DNA of 64,000 bases. Origin: a virus. Shown one piece after another: positions 30,816-41,705 of this stretch. Numbering within the stretch: position 1 is the first letter of the stretch; each line of letters opens with the position of its first letter. Where the stretch lies: the IMG/VR virus record IMGVR_UViG_3300042554_001257, positions 5,489 to 69,488 of that record; one strand, given 5' to 3'. The notes under the pieces are model-generated. The model saw only the letters and a list, made by a program, of their open reading frames with translations. It did not search any database and had not been told where the DNA came from. The position numbers were made by a program, and so were the translations under genes.

Positions 30816-31009
30816 CAGAAGATACCGAAGAAGAAGTTGCCAGTGCTAACATAAGAAATGATGCCAGCAACAAAACCGACCATTGCCCAGCGTCCATTGG
30901 TTCGCTCCTTTACTTGATTAGGTGTGAGCATACCATAGTTCTCATAATACATGGTGGGCTCTTTGGCAAACATATTCTGTTGCCCATACTCATTAGTTGT
31001 TACGGTCAT
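30815..31009 (-). CDS. hli: high-light-inducible protein
   Basis: MTVTTNEYGQQNMFAKEP...ERTNGRWAMVGF. Confidence 0.92.
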   Translation of the reverse strand: MTVTTNEYGQQNMFAKEPTMYYENYGMLTPNQVKERTNGRWAMVGFVAGIISYVSTGNFFFGIF

Positions 31010-31109
31010 TGTAAATTCGTTAAGAATTGTTACACAATTATATAGCAAAAATAAAGGGAGGTCAAGCCTCCCTGTTACGGTTTTCACATATTATAAGTAT
31101 AAATGCTTA

Positions 31110-31907
31110 CTATTTTCCTTCCCAACCAGGAGGTAGTCTACCCAGATATGGATCATAATCAAAAAATGGATTCCAATCGGATACATCAGCAGATTGATTT
31201 CTCCAAAACTGCCATAATCCATCATGACTACTGCGATGAAATACATCAACATGAATATCATGAATATCAGATCCTAAATCAATCTTATACAAGAATAAAG
31301 GAATCGCAAAAGTATTCCCAGAGTTATAAATCAAATCATCAGCAACTGCTCTTGGTTTAACACCCTGATCAAGTTTATACTTATCACCACGACAATGAAG
31401 ATTGATAAGTTTCTGTGCGTGATGGCGAGTGATCATATAGCAGGCAGTTGAAAAGTCATTCACAAAACGACGATGCAACTGGACGTGAACCTGTGCAGGA
31501 TTAATGATTGCAAGTTGTATCACATCATAATCATAAGGAACTTTTGCATAGAAATCTTTCCAAGAAAATCCCCAATGAATGACAGTGCTTATGTCACAAT
31601 CATCTTCCATCATTAAAGCACAAGGGGAATCAGAAGTCTCCAACCAATGCTTCATTGCTTTGAGATGTGAAGTTACACATCCAACTTCACCAGAAGACAT
31701 CATATCAGGATAACGACCTTTGAGAATATCTCCAAGATCTTTATCTCCCCGACCATCATATGCAGAGATACGAGTATAGTTTTCAACTTCCCAGTATTTA
31801 AACTGATCTTCCATAAACTGTGCTCTCTCTGGTTTTTCATCCAGATTGATATAGTAAATGGGAGGAAGACCTTTGAGTTTATATGCTGATTTATTTTTAT
31901 CCATCAT
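31110..31907 (-). CDS. glycosyltransferase family 25
   Basis: YYINLDEKPER...RISAYDG...GEVGCVTSH...MEDD. Confidence 0.8.
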   Translation of the reverse strand: MMDKNKSAYKLKGLPPIYYINLDEKPERAQFMEDQFKYWEVENYTRISAYDGRGDKDLGDILKGRYPDMMSSGEVGCVTSHLKAMKHWLETSDSPCALMMEDDCDISTVIHWGFSWKDFYAKVPYDYDVIQLAIINPAQVHVQLHRRFVNDFSTACYMITRHHAQKLINLHCRGDKYKLDQGVKPRAVADDLIYNSGNTFAIPLFLYKIDLGSDIHDIHVDVFHRSSHDGLWQFWRNQSADVSDWNPFFDYDPYLGRLPPGWEGK

Positions 31908-32656
31908 TCGGAAAGAATACTTTCAATAATTTGATTGAACACTTTTGTCTTATTGGCAAGAGGATCTTCAGACCCTCTCCAATTAGAATGCCAATTAGTA
32001 GCAGCACGATAATGAAGAAATTTACCATCCAGATGTAACTCAAAATTATATCCTCTGGTTACCTCTTCATTTTGCAAATCAATGTCATTGAAATGCGTTG
32101 GATATTGAACATCAGTTTCCTTCATCCAAAAATTGTTTCGCTTAAAATAATAATAAGTATTTCCACCAACATCAGTGAGTTCACCATTTACTACGCCATC
32201 AGAAAAATCAATATTATAATCTTTTATCTTTGGCATATTGAAAAACATAATACCATTCCACATATAAGTGATAGATCCTCTGTATTGTGGCAAACCCGCA
32301 ATAATAGCATCTTCCATATACTCGGATATGCTGAAATCATCAATTAAGAATAAATCAGAATCACAAAAGAATACAACGTCATTTTGATGATCAACTTTAA
32401 TGATATTATCATAAGTCCACTGAACAGTATCAGCACAAGCTTGTGCAGGATTTAATGCTACTGTCCTTTCTGGTTTTTTATAATAAGAGAACCCATTATC
32501 AAAACAGATTGATTTAAATTGCTCCGAAATCGACGATTCGATAGAGTCATCGACAATATGGAATTGATATTGATCTTTTAAAAATTTTTTAAAGAGTTTA
32601 TCTTGCAATTCAATAAACTCTGGGCGATTAACGACCGAAGTAAAAATATGAATCAT
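31904..32656 (-). CDS. putative GT-A glycosyltransferase
   Basis: FCDSDLF DxD motif; cluster context. Confidence 0.5.
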   Translation of the reverse strand: MIHIFTSVVNRPEFIELQDKLFKKFLKDQYQFHIVDDSIESSISEQFKSICFDNGFSYYKKPERTVALNPAQACADTVQWTYDNIIKVDHQNDVVFFCDSDLFLIDDFSISEYMEDAIIAGLPQYRGSITYMWNGIMFFNMPKIKDYNIDFSDGVVNGELTDVGGNTYYYFKRNNFWMKETDVQYPTHFNDIDLQNEEVTRGYNFELHLDGKFLHYRAATNWHSNWRGSEDPLANKTKVFNQIIESILSE

Positions 32657-33555
32657 AGTTTAGATTGAATCCAGTCTTCCAGTTTAACTTTTGGTTGCCA
32701 ACTAAAAACACCATGCATTCGATCAGTATTGGCAAGAGTAACTCTTGATTCTCCAACACGTGGAGGAATATTTACAGTGTTGTCTGAGATCATAGCAGCA
32801 AGTTCATTCACAGAGTAATTTACTCCAGATCCAATATTAAAAACTTCACCATAAATCTCTGGATCGGGATTTGAAATTGCTACCTTAATATTTGCATCTA
32901 CAACATCGCCAACATAAGTAAAGTCTCTACGTTGTTCACCATCACCAACGATTGTCAATGGTTCACCAGCGGCAAGTTGACGAAGAAAAATACCAACAAC
33001 AGGAGCATACTGTCCACGAAGAGGTTGACGTTCACCATAGACATTAAAGTATCTGAAAATAACAGTTTTCAGTCCAAATAGTTGAGTGTACATTGTACAC
33101 AGTTTCTCGCCATTGACTTTTGAAACTGAATATGGATTCAGACAATTATCAGGTTGAGTTTCTACGTTAGGAGGTTGATTAATCATTCCATAAGCAGAAG
33201 AAGTAGATGAGTAAATTACTTTCTGCACACCTGCTTCTCTTGCACATTGTAGAACTGTACAGGTTCCGACAGAGTTAATACTCACCGCCTCAATTGGATT
33301 AACAATTGCTGGTTGAATACGTGCCTCTGCCGCAAGATGAAACACATAATCCACACCATCGTAAAGAGGACGAGTGTTTTCATAGTCACGAATATCATAC
33401 TTATAATTTCGTGCATTATCGTTCCAGTAAAATTGATCGTGAGCATCAGAATACTCATTATCAATTACAACAACCTCATGACCCATTTCAAGAAGACGGT
33501 CTACAAGGTTTGAACCAATAAATCCAGCACCACCAGTAACTAGTGATTTAGTCAT
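32653..33555 (-). CDS. NAD-dependent nucleotide-sugar epimerase/dehydratase
   Basis: VTGGAGFIGS; YSVSK; RYFNVYG; RDFTYVGD. Confidence 0.9.
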   Translation of the reverse strand: MTKSLVTGGAGFIGSNLVDRLLEMGHEVVVIDNEYSDAHDQFYWNDNARNYKYDIRDYENTRPLYDGVDYVFHLAAEARIQPAIVNPIEAVSINSVGTCTVLQCAREAGVQKVIYSSTSSAYGMINQPPNVETQPDNCLNPYSVSKVNGEKLCTMYTQLFGLKTVIFRYFNVYGERQPLRGQYAPVVGIFLRQLAAGEPLTIVGDGEQRRDFTYVGDVVDANIKVAISNPDPEIYGEVFNIGSGVNYSVNELAAMISDNTVNIPPRVGESRVTLANTDRMHGVFSWQPKVKLEDWIQSKL

Positions 33556-34202
33556 ACAATTCTCTCAGGTAGGAAATAAGTTTTATTAAAGTTAAAGCAT
33601 TCCTCAGTAGGGTAGCTAGTCAGTGGATTCACAGTTCCATGATATCCACTTGTTTGGAAGAAAAATGGATCATCAAAAGTATAAACATTAAACCAACGCT
33701 GAATCTCAGCAAATCCAATATCTTGATAATCTTCAATTACATAACCAGCATGATAGGTTATCCTTTGACACATTCTAACATATTCATCAGTAAGATACAA
33801 TACTGAATGACCACCAAGCATATTATACACACGATAAAGATCATCCTTAACGTGTTCATACTGAACATAAGGTCCAGAATGTCCGTTCATTCTTCCCCAA
33901 GATGAAATACCAAGATAAACTGCATCGGCATCATCGGGAACTTCAATCTCTGGACGAAAGTTCTTGATTACACAGTCATCCTCAAATAAAATAAAGGGAG
34001 GATCTATCTCAGATAGACCCTTGTGATGAGCAGAAGAACATCCAGCAACTGGATTATCTGGACGAGCAACTCCTTCTACACGAATGATATGTTTAAATCC
34101 ACATTCTTTTAAAAGAGTTTGCATACTCTCATTCTTTTCGGTATGCTGCTCCAAATTCATGTAAAGAGCAGGTATTTCTCTAAGGTCTATTTTCATATTC
34201 AT
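33552..34202 (-). CDS. GT25-like glycosyltransferase
   Basis: YMNL...RVEGV...GCSSAH...LFEDD. Confidence 0.6.
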   Translation of the reverse strand: MNMKIDLREIPALYMNLEQHTEKNESMQTLLKECGFKHIIRVEGVARPDNPVAGCSSAHHKGLSEIDPPFILFEDDCVIKNFRPEIEVPDDADAVYLGISSWGRMNGHSGPYVQYEHVKDDLYRVYNMLGGHSVLYLTDEYVRMCQRITYHAGYVIEDYQDIGFAEIQRWFNVYTFDDPFFFQTSGYHGTVNPLTSYPTEECFNFNKTYFLPERIV

Positions 34203-34912
34203 TTTTGAACTAAAATCCAAGTTTGCGACTGACAATGATCTACATTTTCGATTATTCCATCAGTCATAACATCAAAAGTATTAGGCCACCCAAAATGAGT
34301 AAAAATGTGATTTATATAAGAAAGATTTCCCCAGTATCCACATTCAAGTATATTAAAACCAACACTTGCACATAAAGTACATAACCCAGTTGGCGTCATA
34401 CCCCAAAAATGAAATGGAACTTGATGTGGAATGTTAATAGTCGGAACAGTAGTGTATAGATAACCACCAGGTTTTAAATGATCATACAAATTTTTTATAC
34501 TAATAAAAGGATTGTATAGATGCTCCAAAGTTTGATTGAAAATAATCATATCATAATCTTTATCATCCAAGTCTATCTTATGAAGATCATATTTTTTATC
34601 TTGAAGATAATCGCATACAGTAATACTATCGTAACTAATGTATTCTAATTCACAATCTCCTGAGCAAGTCGATAGAAGTTTTTCAACGTGATTTAAATCA
34701 TATTTTCCAACCCAATCTTTAAAATCAAATAAAGATGCTAATCTAGGAAAATCACAGTTAAACCATTTTTGTTTTTCTGAGTCAGAAAGTTTTTGATATT
34801 CATCATGCGCTTTTCTATAATATTCCTCAGGTTTTTCAACATGTTTGTTGTAAATATCGATTATTTCTTCTTCGGTTAATAAATTAATTTCTAAATTTAC
34901 TTTTGTACTCAT
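34199..34912 (-). CDS. SAM-dependent methyltransferase-like protein
   Basis: QTLEHLYNP...LKPGGYLYTTVP. Confidence 0.65.
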   Translation of the reverse strand: MSTKVNLEINLLTEEEIIDIYNKHVEKPEEYYRKAHDEYQKLSDSEKQKWFNCDFPRLASLFDFKDWVGKYDLNHVEKLLSTCSGDCELEYISYDSITVCDYLQDKKYDLHKIDLDDKDYDMIIFNQTLEHLYNPFISIKNLYDHLKPGGYLYTTVPTINIPHQVPFHFWGMTPTGLCTLCASVGFNILECGYWGNLSYINHIFTHFGWPNTFDVMTDGIIENVDHCQSQTWILVQK

Positions 34913-35604
34913 GATCTCAACTCACTATGATTTTTCTTTAAAGCAATAATTTTGGGAGAAAATGGATAGTCTGGATTTTCCATTTGTTCTTCTGCAAAAC
35001 AATATGAAGGAGTAAGACTTAAAGTTGGTGGATTATCAATCAGATAGCGATTCATCTGCGACTCATCGTGCCATAAAGCAATCACACCATTTTCAAGGTC
35101 CTTGGTCACACGATCTGCAAGAACCTCTGCCATTTCTAGAAATCTTTTTGTAGATCCACCATTAAATCCGCCAGCATAATAGTGCTCTCCTTCCTCACCC
35201 ACAGGAACGTATGCCAGCGACTGTGGATTTCTATCATACGACCTCTGCTCCTTAGGATAGAAGGACTGGTAGGGGTGCTGAGTGGCAACCAGGTCGCTTA
35301 GAACCTCATCACCAACATTATCCACCAGACCCATATCCACATCAAAGTAAAAACAATAATCAAACTGAGAGATAAACTCTTTTTCTTTTACAAAGTAATT
35401 GTATCTCTTTAAAGTAGGCATTGGCCAAAGTTCATGGTCAATCTGACAAACTCTTACATTATCGGATGCTTCTACTTCATGATCTGTAAATAGCAAGCAT
35501 TCAATTTCATGTCCGTTCAGAAAGTTCTCTTCAATGTTATCAAGAAGTCTCTCAACAAACTGAATATATTTGTTTGTCGCAATAGTAAGAATGCAGATTT
35601 TCAT
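34909..35604 (-). CDS. glycosyltransferase family 6 (ABO-like)
   Basis: IATNKY...FTD...FDVD...YYAGGFNGG...WHDESQMNRY. Confidence 0.88.
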   Translation of the reverse strand: MKICILTIATNKYIQFVERLLDNIEENFLNGHEIECLLFTDHEVEASDNVRVCQIDHELWPMPTLKRYNYFVKEKEFISQFDYCFYFDVDMGLVDNVGDEVLSDLVATQHPYQSFYPKEQRSYDRNPQSLAYVPVGEEGEHYYAGGFNGGSTKRFLEMAEVLADRVTKDLENGVIALWHDESQMNRYLIDNPPTLSLTPSYCFAEEQMENPDYPFSPKIIALKKNHSELRS

Positions 35605-36194
35605 ACTTGAATATACCAAACATGAACTGGTCCAGGTACTCCTTGAACCTCATCACCATAATGTTCCAAAACCGCTTTCTGAACACCAGGAAATCCACTA
35701 TGTTCCCAATCATGACCCATTACATATCCACCTTTACGAACACGATTATGCCAATAATTAATGTCATTATAGCAATTCTCATAATCATGAATGGCATCGA
35801 TGAAAACAAAATCAAGAGATTCATCCTCAAAATCTGGTGCCGCTTCGGTAGATTTTTTACGTACTAGTTCCACACGATCACCATATTGACTTAACATTTC
35901 ACTGACTTCTCTAAACAATCCATCAAATCCACCATAGTCATCATCTACACTAAAAAATTGATGCATGTCCCAACTATCAGAAATAAATGGGTCAACACCG
36001 TAGATTTTTTCAATTTTAGTGTTATCTAAAAGTGCTTTAATATGTTGCCCACCAGCAATGCCAATTTCAGCACCAACTTTTAAATCAGTATGTTTATTAA
36101 AAAAGTCTACTGTCCAGTCATAAGTATTTTCCCAGATAAGACGGGTTTTCCCTCTTGTCGGATCAGCAATTAAATTCTCTTTAAGTTTACCCAT
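35601..36194 (-). CDS. class I methyltransferase (Methyltransf_24-like)
   Basis: GAEIG...DFVFIDAIHDY...GHDW. Confidence 0.8.
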   Translation of the reverse strand: MGKLKENLIADPTRGKTRLIWENTYDWTVDFFNKHTDLKVGAEIGIAGGQHIKALLDNTKIEKIYGVDPFISDSWDMHQFFSVDDDYGGFDGLFREVSEMLSQYGDRVELVRKKSTEAAPDFEDESLDFVFIDAIHDYENCYNDINYWHNRVRKGGYVMGHDWEHSGFPGVQKAVLEHYGDEVQGVPGPVHVWYIQV

Positions 36195-36820
36195 TAGTTT
36201 TTCTCCGTTTTAATATAGAGGGCATCTCCCCATTTATACCAAGTCTCTGGCCAATGAGTTTCAACTCTCTCAAATCCATAATCACCAAGAAATGTATCTA
36301 GTTCTTCAACCATAGGATTTCCCTCATACATCTCACCACGATTCACTTCACAATATATGTAATCAATGTGATTTAAAGTTTTTTTACCACCTTTAAATAC
36401 TTCTAATTCATACCCCTGAACATCAACATTAATAAAATTTGCATCACCAATATCATAACTGTCAAGGGTATCAACTTCAACTTCTTCAGTCCCATCAAAA
36501 GAAACATCTGGATGATGTTCCAAATGTTCTTTTGGTTTTAAAATAGAACTACTTTGAGCCTCATTGCTACTAAGATACATCGTAGCACTTCCCTTTTTAC
36601 TACCAAGAGCAACTTGATGCCCACTAATGTCGGCATTTACGTCTTTTAAACGTTCAAATAAAATATCAAAATTCTTTGAAAGGGGTTCAAAAACGGTAAT
36701 TTTTTGAATACCATTATCAACATACTCTTGAATTTCTTCACCGTAGTGAGCACCAATATGGACTATACCCTTGATGTCCATATTATATTTGGTTTGAAGA
36801 TTTGTGAAACTTATTAACAT
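36194..36820 (-). CDS. FkbM-family methyltransferase
   Basis: HIGAHYG...FEP...NVDVQGYELEVFKG. Confidence 0.85.
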   Translation of the reverse strand: MLISFTNLQTKYNMDIKGIVHIGAHYGEEIQEYVDNGIQKITVFEPLSKNFDILFERLKDVNADISGHQVALGSKKGSATMYLSSNEAQSSSILKPKEHLEHHPDVSFDGTEEVEVDTLDSYDIGDANFINVDVQGYELEVFKGGKKTLNHIDYIYCEVNRGEMYEGNPMVEELDTFLGDYGFERVETHWPETWYKWGDALYIKTEKN

Positions 36821-36822
36821 TT

Positions 36823-37704
36823 TTATTTTGAAATTATTTTTGCAATTTGATTTAAGGTTCCATCCCAAGTCAAATACTTATCATAAACCATTCTACCATA
36901 CTCTAGATATTTTTCATACTCACCAGTTTCCAAAAGGTTATCAACGATTCTTGGAATATTATCTATACTATTTTCATCGATAAGTATTGCTGCCTTATCC
37001 CACTCAATTTCATCTTCAAAAGGTAACCAAAAAATATCACTAATGTAGATAGGAATTGCATCCATTTGCATGGTTTCATATAATCTAAAAGAAGTTGGAC
37101 CATATCCTCTTGGAGCCAACCCAAATACAGAATCGTAGATAATATTTCTAAATGCTCCCGACAATCCGTCAGAAAGATTAACGGCAAATTCATATCCATC
37201 AATTCCCATTAACTTATCACACATTACTTTACGAATTGGATGAGTATCATTTCGCCCAGCAAATCCAACTTTATTCATTCGATTCTCTTTCGGAAAACCA
37301 GGATGGGGATCAGAAAGCAAAGGAATAGGTATGTATTCTGTCGTTTCAGATTTAGGAGACTTTGGAGAATTTGAAGAGGCAAATATTTTACAGTTATCAA
37401 TAGAAACTAATGTACCATCATCATATTGAACAATAGTAAAAAATTTTTCTCCTGGATATTTTGAAGAAAGTTCATTCACCCAATTTTGAATTTCACCAAT
37501 TTTTTCCTTATCATTTCCCCAGTTATTACTACAATGATATTGAGTCCATTGAATAGGAATGTAAATGTAACTACTATCAACATCAACAGTAGTAAAATAA
37601 GAAAAAGCCCTCTCTTCAATCAATGGATTTAATCCTTGATGAGGGGGATAACTAAATGTATTTTTTGGTAACCACTTTTGTGGAGTATCTACAATTCTAA
37701 TCAT
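36823..37704 (-). CDS. exostosin-like glycosyltransferase (GT47)
   Basis: FGLAPRGYGPTSFRLYE...IPIYISD...LPF. Confidence 0.8.
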   Translation of the reverse strand: MIRIVDTPQKWLPKNTFSYPPHQGLNPLIEERAFSYFTTVDVDSSYIYIPIQWTQYHCSNNWGNDKEKIGEIQNWVNELSSKYPGEKFFTIVQYDDGTLVSIDNCKIFASSNSPKSPKSETTEYIPIPLLSDPHPGFPKENRMNKVGFAGRNDTHPIRKVMCDKLMGIDGYEFAVNLSDGLSGAFRNIIYDSVFGLAPRGYGPTSFRLYETMQMDAIPIYISDIFWLPFEDEIEWDKAAILIDENSIDNIPRIVDNLLETGEYEKYLEYGRMVYDKYLTWDGTLNQIAKIISK

Positions 37705-38444
37705 AAGTTTACTATTTGCTCTTTATAATATTCAACCGACTGTGCAGAATAAGATCCACAAGCATTCCAATTACTCTGGGGACGAAGACGATGATTGTGT
37801 CTTAGATCATTTACAACCACGAATTCACCACCATTCTTTAACCAAAAATAATATGCAGCCGCAGTGTCTGCATGAAGTAGTGGTGTACTATCATTTTCAT
37901 ATGGATGTGCAAGGGAATCCAAATACATTTGACGATTTACTACATAATTACCACTATTCAAAAACCAATCAAACCACTTTGTTTTCTTAAAAATAGCGTC
38001 TTTGCTTTCTTCAATACCAATTATATCATATTTGAAAGTATAATCAGAAATATGTTCATAGTCTATTTTATCGTCATTCTTACAAAACAGTTGTCTTGGT
38101 GAATAACAAATATTAGAATGATCATCAGGTATATTTCTAATAATCTGATATGTTTCCTCAAAGGGATGGTTATCACTATCTAACAAATATACCCACTCAT
38201 TGGTACAGTTTTTAACTGTGAGATATTTGTTTCGAAAAGCTCCAAGATTTCTTTGATTACGAAATACCTTTATCTTACTAATTTCATTAGATAAAGAAAC
38301 AATATTTTCATACTCTTGTTGGGAAGAAAAATCATCATTCACAACAATTTCAGAAACAAATTCATCTTCAACTGCATACTTAATACAATCCAAAAAATAT
38401 TCAGAAGTATTATAAAAAGGTATGGCTAAACTAATAGTTTTCAT
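37701..38444 (-). CDS. glycosyltransferase family 2
   Basis: ISLAIPFYN...VNDDFS...NLG...LLDSD. Confidence 0.8.
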   Translation of the reverse strand: MKTISLAIPFYNTSEYFLDCIKYAVEDEFVSEIVVNDDFSSQQEYENIVSLSNEISKIKVFRNQRNLGAFRNKYLTVKNCTNEWVYLLDSDNHPFEETYQIIRNIPDDHSNICYSPRQLFCKNDDKIDYEHISDYTFKYDIIGIEESKDAIFKKTKWFDWFLNSGNYVVNRQMYLDSLAHPYENDSTPLLHADTAAAYYFWLKNGGEFVVVNDLRHNHRLRPQSNWNACGSYSAQSVEYYKEQIVNL

Positions 38445-39196
38445 TTTTTTAGAATAAACTCGGCAAGTTTTGTAGAGTCAACGACCATATTATCATACTG
38501 ATCAATTTTAGCAACATCAATAAATCTTCTAAAAGAAATATTAAGAGCACGACATACATCGATATATTGATCACAATATTGATGTGGATTTGGTGGATAG
38601 ATCTCAACCACATCAGCATTCTTATTAGCAAAAATAGTAAATGTCAACCCACCACTTTGAGGTGCGACAATTTGAGTTGCTTTTCTTACAATTTGAATTT
38701 TTTGCCTCATCGTATAGTCTTCAAAGAAAATTGGTCTAATACCAATTTTTTCTAAAGATTCAACAACTTCATTTTCATTTATAATCTGCCTACGCCTAGC
38801 ATTTCCATCCTGAACATTTCCTAGAAGAAGATGTGCTCTGCCGCGACAGATATAAATTTTTTCAAATCCAGTAGTATCAAAATCATCTTCTACCCTAGAA
38901 TTAAAAAGTTCTCTCAAAAAATAATAAGTACTATGATCAATAAGAGGAAGACCACTATTATTAGTAAAATCAAGAGGTTTTACTGATGGTATTAATTGCA
39001 CATCATCAGTTTTAGGAACAACATTCAAAACATCAGACAAAATTTCGAATGATTCTTTTTGATATGAGAGATAATCTTCCATATCAAAACATATGTCAAT
39101 TTTATTAGACAAATCGACATCTTTTAATGCACCAAGCATAAGAGCAATCCAATGAAATATCCATTGAGCTCCCGCTTCTTCTATTTTATAAATCAT
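38441..39196 (-). CDS. GT61-like glycosyltransferase
   Basis: FHW...KIYICR...RQIINENEV...IVAPQSGGL. Confidence 0.7.
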   Translation of the reverse strand: MIYKIEEAGAQWIFHWIALMLGALKDVDLSNKIDICFDMEDYLSYQKESFEILSDVLNVVPKTDDVQLIPSVKPLDFTNNSGLPLIDHSTYYFLRELFNSRVEDDFDTTGFEKIYICRGRAHLLLGNVQDGNARRRQIINENEVVESLEKIGIRPIFFEDYTMRQKIQIVRKATQIVAPQSGGLTFTIFANKNADVVEIYPPNPHQYCDQYIDVCRALNISFRRFIDVAKIDQYDNMVVDSTKLAEFILKK

Positions 39197-39633
39197 AAAA
39201 TTGCAGTGTAATCAGTACATATGCCATATGGAGTTTCGCCATATGGTACAAAACATTCAACATCATCTTTATCAATTAATGGAATAATTGTATTTTCATC
39301 AATTTTCATAGAAAGATCGTGTAACCATATTTTTCCAGTTGATGTATATGTAAATGGATCTCCCGTATGGCAAAAAGAATGATATGCCCAACATTCCTTT
39401 GCTGCTTCAAGATTTTTACAATGCAACCATAGATAATGTCTACGTTTATCTAACCAGTTATGGTCAACTTTATATTGAGGAAAATCATGACCCAACCACA
39501 ACTCTCCATCTATTGAACGAATATCAATTTCTACATGATATCCATTTCCAATTGCACAGTCAATATAACTTGGACGATTTTCTTTATCAGGAACTGGTCC
39601 CCGAATATTACCACGATGAGAAATAATAATCAC
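39193..39633 (-). CDS. glycerophosphodiester phosphodiesterase-like protein
   Basis: ISHRGN...EN...VEIDI...LGHD...ICTD. Confidence 0.65.
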   Translation of the reverse strand: MIIISHRGNIRGPVPDKENRPSYIDCAIGNGYHVEIDIRSIDGELWLGHDFPQYKVDHNWLDKRRHYLWLHCKNLEAAKECWAYHSFCHTGDPFTYTSTGKIWLHDLSMKIDENTIIPLIDKDDVECFVPYGETPYGICTDYTAIL

Positions 39634-39941
39634 AGTTCTTCAATCCTTAACGACTTATCTTCAATGAACAAGTCATAGAATGGTTTATCTACTCTTAGTT
39701 CATGATATTTTGCTCCCCATGCCGCAAGTTGTCTTGCAGTAAGTTCCGTCCAGTCAATTTGCTTTCTCGATCCACGAGCAGTCCAATAAACTATTGTATG
39801 ACCTTCATCATAAAGTTTATTAATTTTATCTATATTTTCTTGAACGGGTTTTGCCTTTGAATAATCGTGAGTGGTCCCAAAGTCAACAGAAGTTTCGCGC
39901 TGACAAATAGTTTCATCAATATCAACATAAATGATTTTCAT
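39630..39941 (-). CDS. HAD-family phosphatase
   Basis: DIDETIC...WTARG...KP..D..IEDK. Confidence 0.75.
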   Translation of the reverse strand: MKIIYVDIDETICQRETSVDFGTTHDYSKAKPVQENIDKINKLYDEGHTIVYWTARGSRKQIDWTELTARQLAAWGAKYHELRVDKPFYDLFIEDKSLRIEEL

Positions 39942-40609
39942 TGATACATATTTCTCCTATAATTTTCATTTGGGCAAGTATCAACATCAGCGACTTCTTG
40001 TTCGGTCAAAAACTTAACCCCACCCAAAAGTTTTGCTCCAATAAAAATATCGGCAGACTTTTCGCACATTAAAGTGGAAGCTGCACAATCTTTCTTAGAT
40101 GCAGATGCTGAAATTATACCATGATTTTGTAGGAGAATCAACTTAGGAAAATATCCCTCATCATCCACAAACTTTGAGACATGTTTATCAACTAACTTTA
40201 AAATTGCTTCGCCAGGAGGAGCATAAGGAACCACACAAGACTTGATTCCATTCCTCACAATCTGATCGGGAAACCAACGGTGTTCTGCAAAATCATAGAG
40301 AACAGTTGGTTCAGAACAAAGAATCTTTGTTGTATGTGGTGGATGTGTATGTGCAATAAAATTAATATCAGGAAATGTCTTCATAATCCAAGCATGGAAT
40401 GAAGTTTCAATACTTGGTTTTTTATGGAGAAGTTCTATCTGAGATCCATTTGTATTGCACAAGGTCAAGTCTTCTTCTGACAATGTATGAAGACTTGTTC
40501 CACTTGCTTTGATTAGGAATGTATTTTCATCTACTCTTACCGATACATTACCTTCACCACAGATGGTGTATTCACTAATTTCTCTTGCTAATTCTAGTAT
40601 TTCAGACAT
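39938..40609 (-). CDS. class II aldolase/epimerase
   Basis: GNVSVR...KPSIETSFH...HTHP...LLQNHG. Confidence 0.8.
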   Translation of the reverse strand: MSEILELAREISEYTICGEGNVSVRVDENTFLIKASGTSLHTLSEEDLTLCNTNGSQIELLHKKPSIETSFHAWIMKTFPDINFIAHTHPPHTTKILCSEPTVLYDFAEHRWFPDQIVRNGIKSCVVPYAPPGEAILKLVDKHVSKFVDDEGYFPKLILLQNHGIISASASKKDCAASTLMCEKSADIFIGAKLLGGVKFLTEQEVADVDTCPNENYRRNMYQ

Positions 40610-41705
40610 CTTTAAGGAATAATGCTAGTTTATTTAGATTTACCTTCCAAGGAGAGTTTAGACCGCCAGAGATAGAAAGAGCACCATCACTTTCTACACT
40701 TTCTTCTACTTTTTCTACAAACTCCGTATCATTAAAGTGATGAAGTTGAGTATGTGACATTGAATATTCGAATCGTGTATTAACATCAAAGAACAAAGGA
40801 CTATTAATAGAAATAACTTTTGTTTCTGGTGGTGAGAAGATTACATTACACATACCACCACCAATTGGTCCAGCAACATACTTAGCAGAGTTAAATAAAC
40901 CAATCTTCTCTTTCATCGTCATATTTTCACAGAAGACTTCTTCATATCCATGAGACTTGAAAAGTTCTGCTACTTCATCCTCATTCACACAACGACGACG
41001 CTCAGTATAGTTGGTTCCAATATTATCGAAATTATTATGCAACCAAGTGCGCCGTGAAATATAAATCTTTTCTGGTCCCTGACATTCTCCCTTCATACGA
41101 TTGATAATATCAAATACACCAGAATGTGGTGGAGTATTTGAAAGACCGTTATGAGTCAATGAAGAAGACACTACAACAGTATTATAAAGAGTCTCTGAGT
41201 TCAGAAATACAACATCTTTTCTTCTAATGCCAAGAAGTTCCAAACATTCCCATACAAATGGGTATAAATCATCTTTACCTTCTGGTGAACTTACAAGGAG
41301 TTTAAGATCTGGATGAATCTCTTTCTCATTGAAGTAAGAGTAGAGATAAGGCAACGTATCGTAGATAAAATGATAGTAGTTCGCCATATTATATACAAAG
41401 TAAAATACAGGAACTGAGCAGAAGTTCTTAAAATGAAAAGGAAGTTCTACTTCATACTCCATTGTTTCTTCATAAACTGTTCCTCTTCCAAGAGACATAA
41501 ACATTTCTTTGGTTGGAAGAGTCAGTCGATGAGTTTGATGTGAATAGATCAGTGGTTGTGGGTAATGTTTAGATAGACCTACAAATTGGCAAGAAAAGAA
41601 ATACGCTACTTCTATATCTCTACCATTTTCATCCTTTTCTTTTATAAGTCTTGTTCTTCCAGAATTCCAGTATTCAATTGGTAAAATAGTCTTTTGAGTA
41701 TTCAT
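40602..41705 (-). CDS. GT61-like glycosyltransferase
   Basis: NYYHFIYDTLP...KIYISRR...NE...AGPIGGGMCN. Confidence 0.7.
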   Translation of the reverse strand: MNTQKTILPIEYWNSGRTRLIKEKDENGRDIEVAYFFSCQFVGLSKHYPQPLIYSHQTHRLTLPTKEMFMSLGRGTVYEETMEYEVELPFHFKNFCSVPVFYFVYNMANYYHFIYDTLPYLYSYFNEKEIHPDLKLLVSSPEGKDDLYPFVWECLELLGIRRKDVVFLNSETLYNTVVVSSSLTHNGLSNTPPHSGVFDIINRMKGECQGPEKIYISRRTWLHNNFDNIGTNYTERRRCVNEDEVAELFKSHGYEEVFCENMTMKEKIGLFNSAKYVAGPIGGGMCNVIFSPPETKVISINSPLFFDVNTRFEYSMSHTQLHHFNDTEFVEKVEESVESDGALSISGGLNSPWKVNLNKLALFLKDV

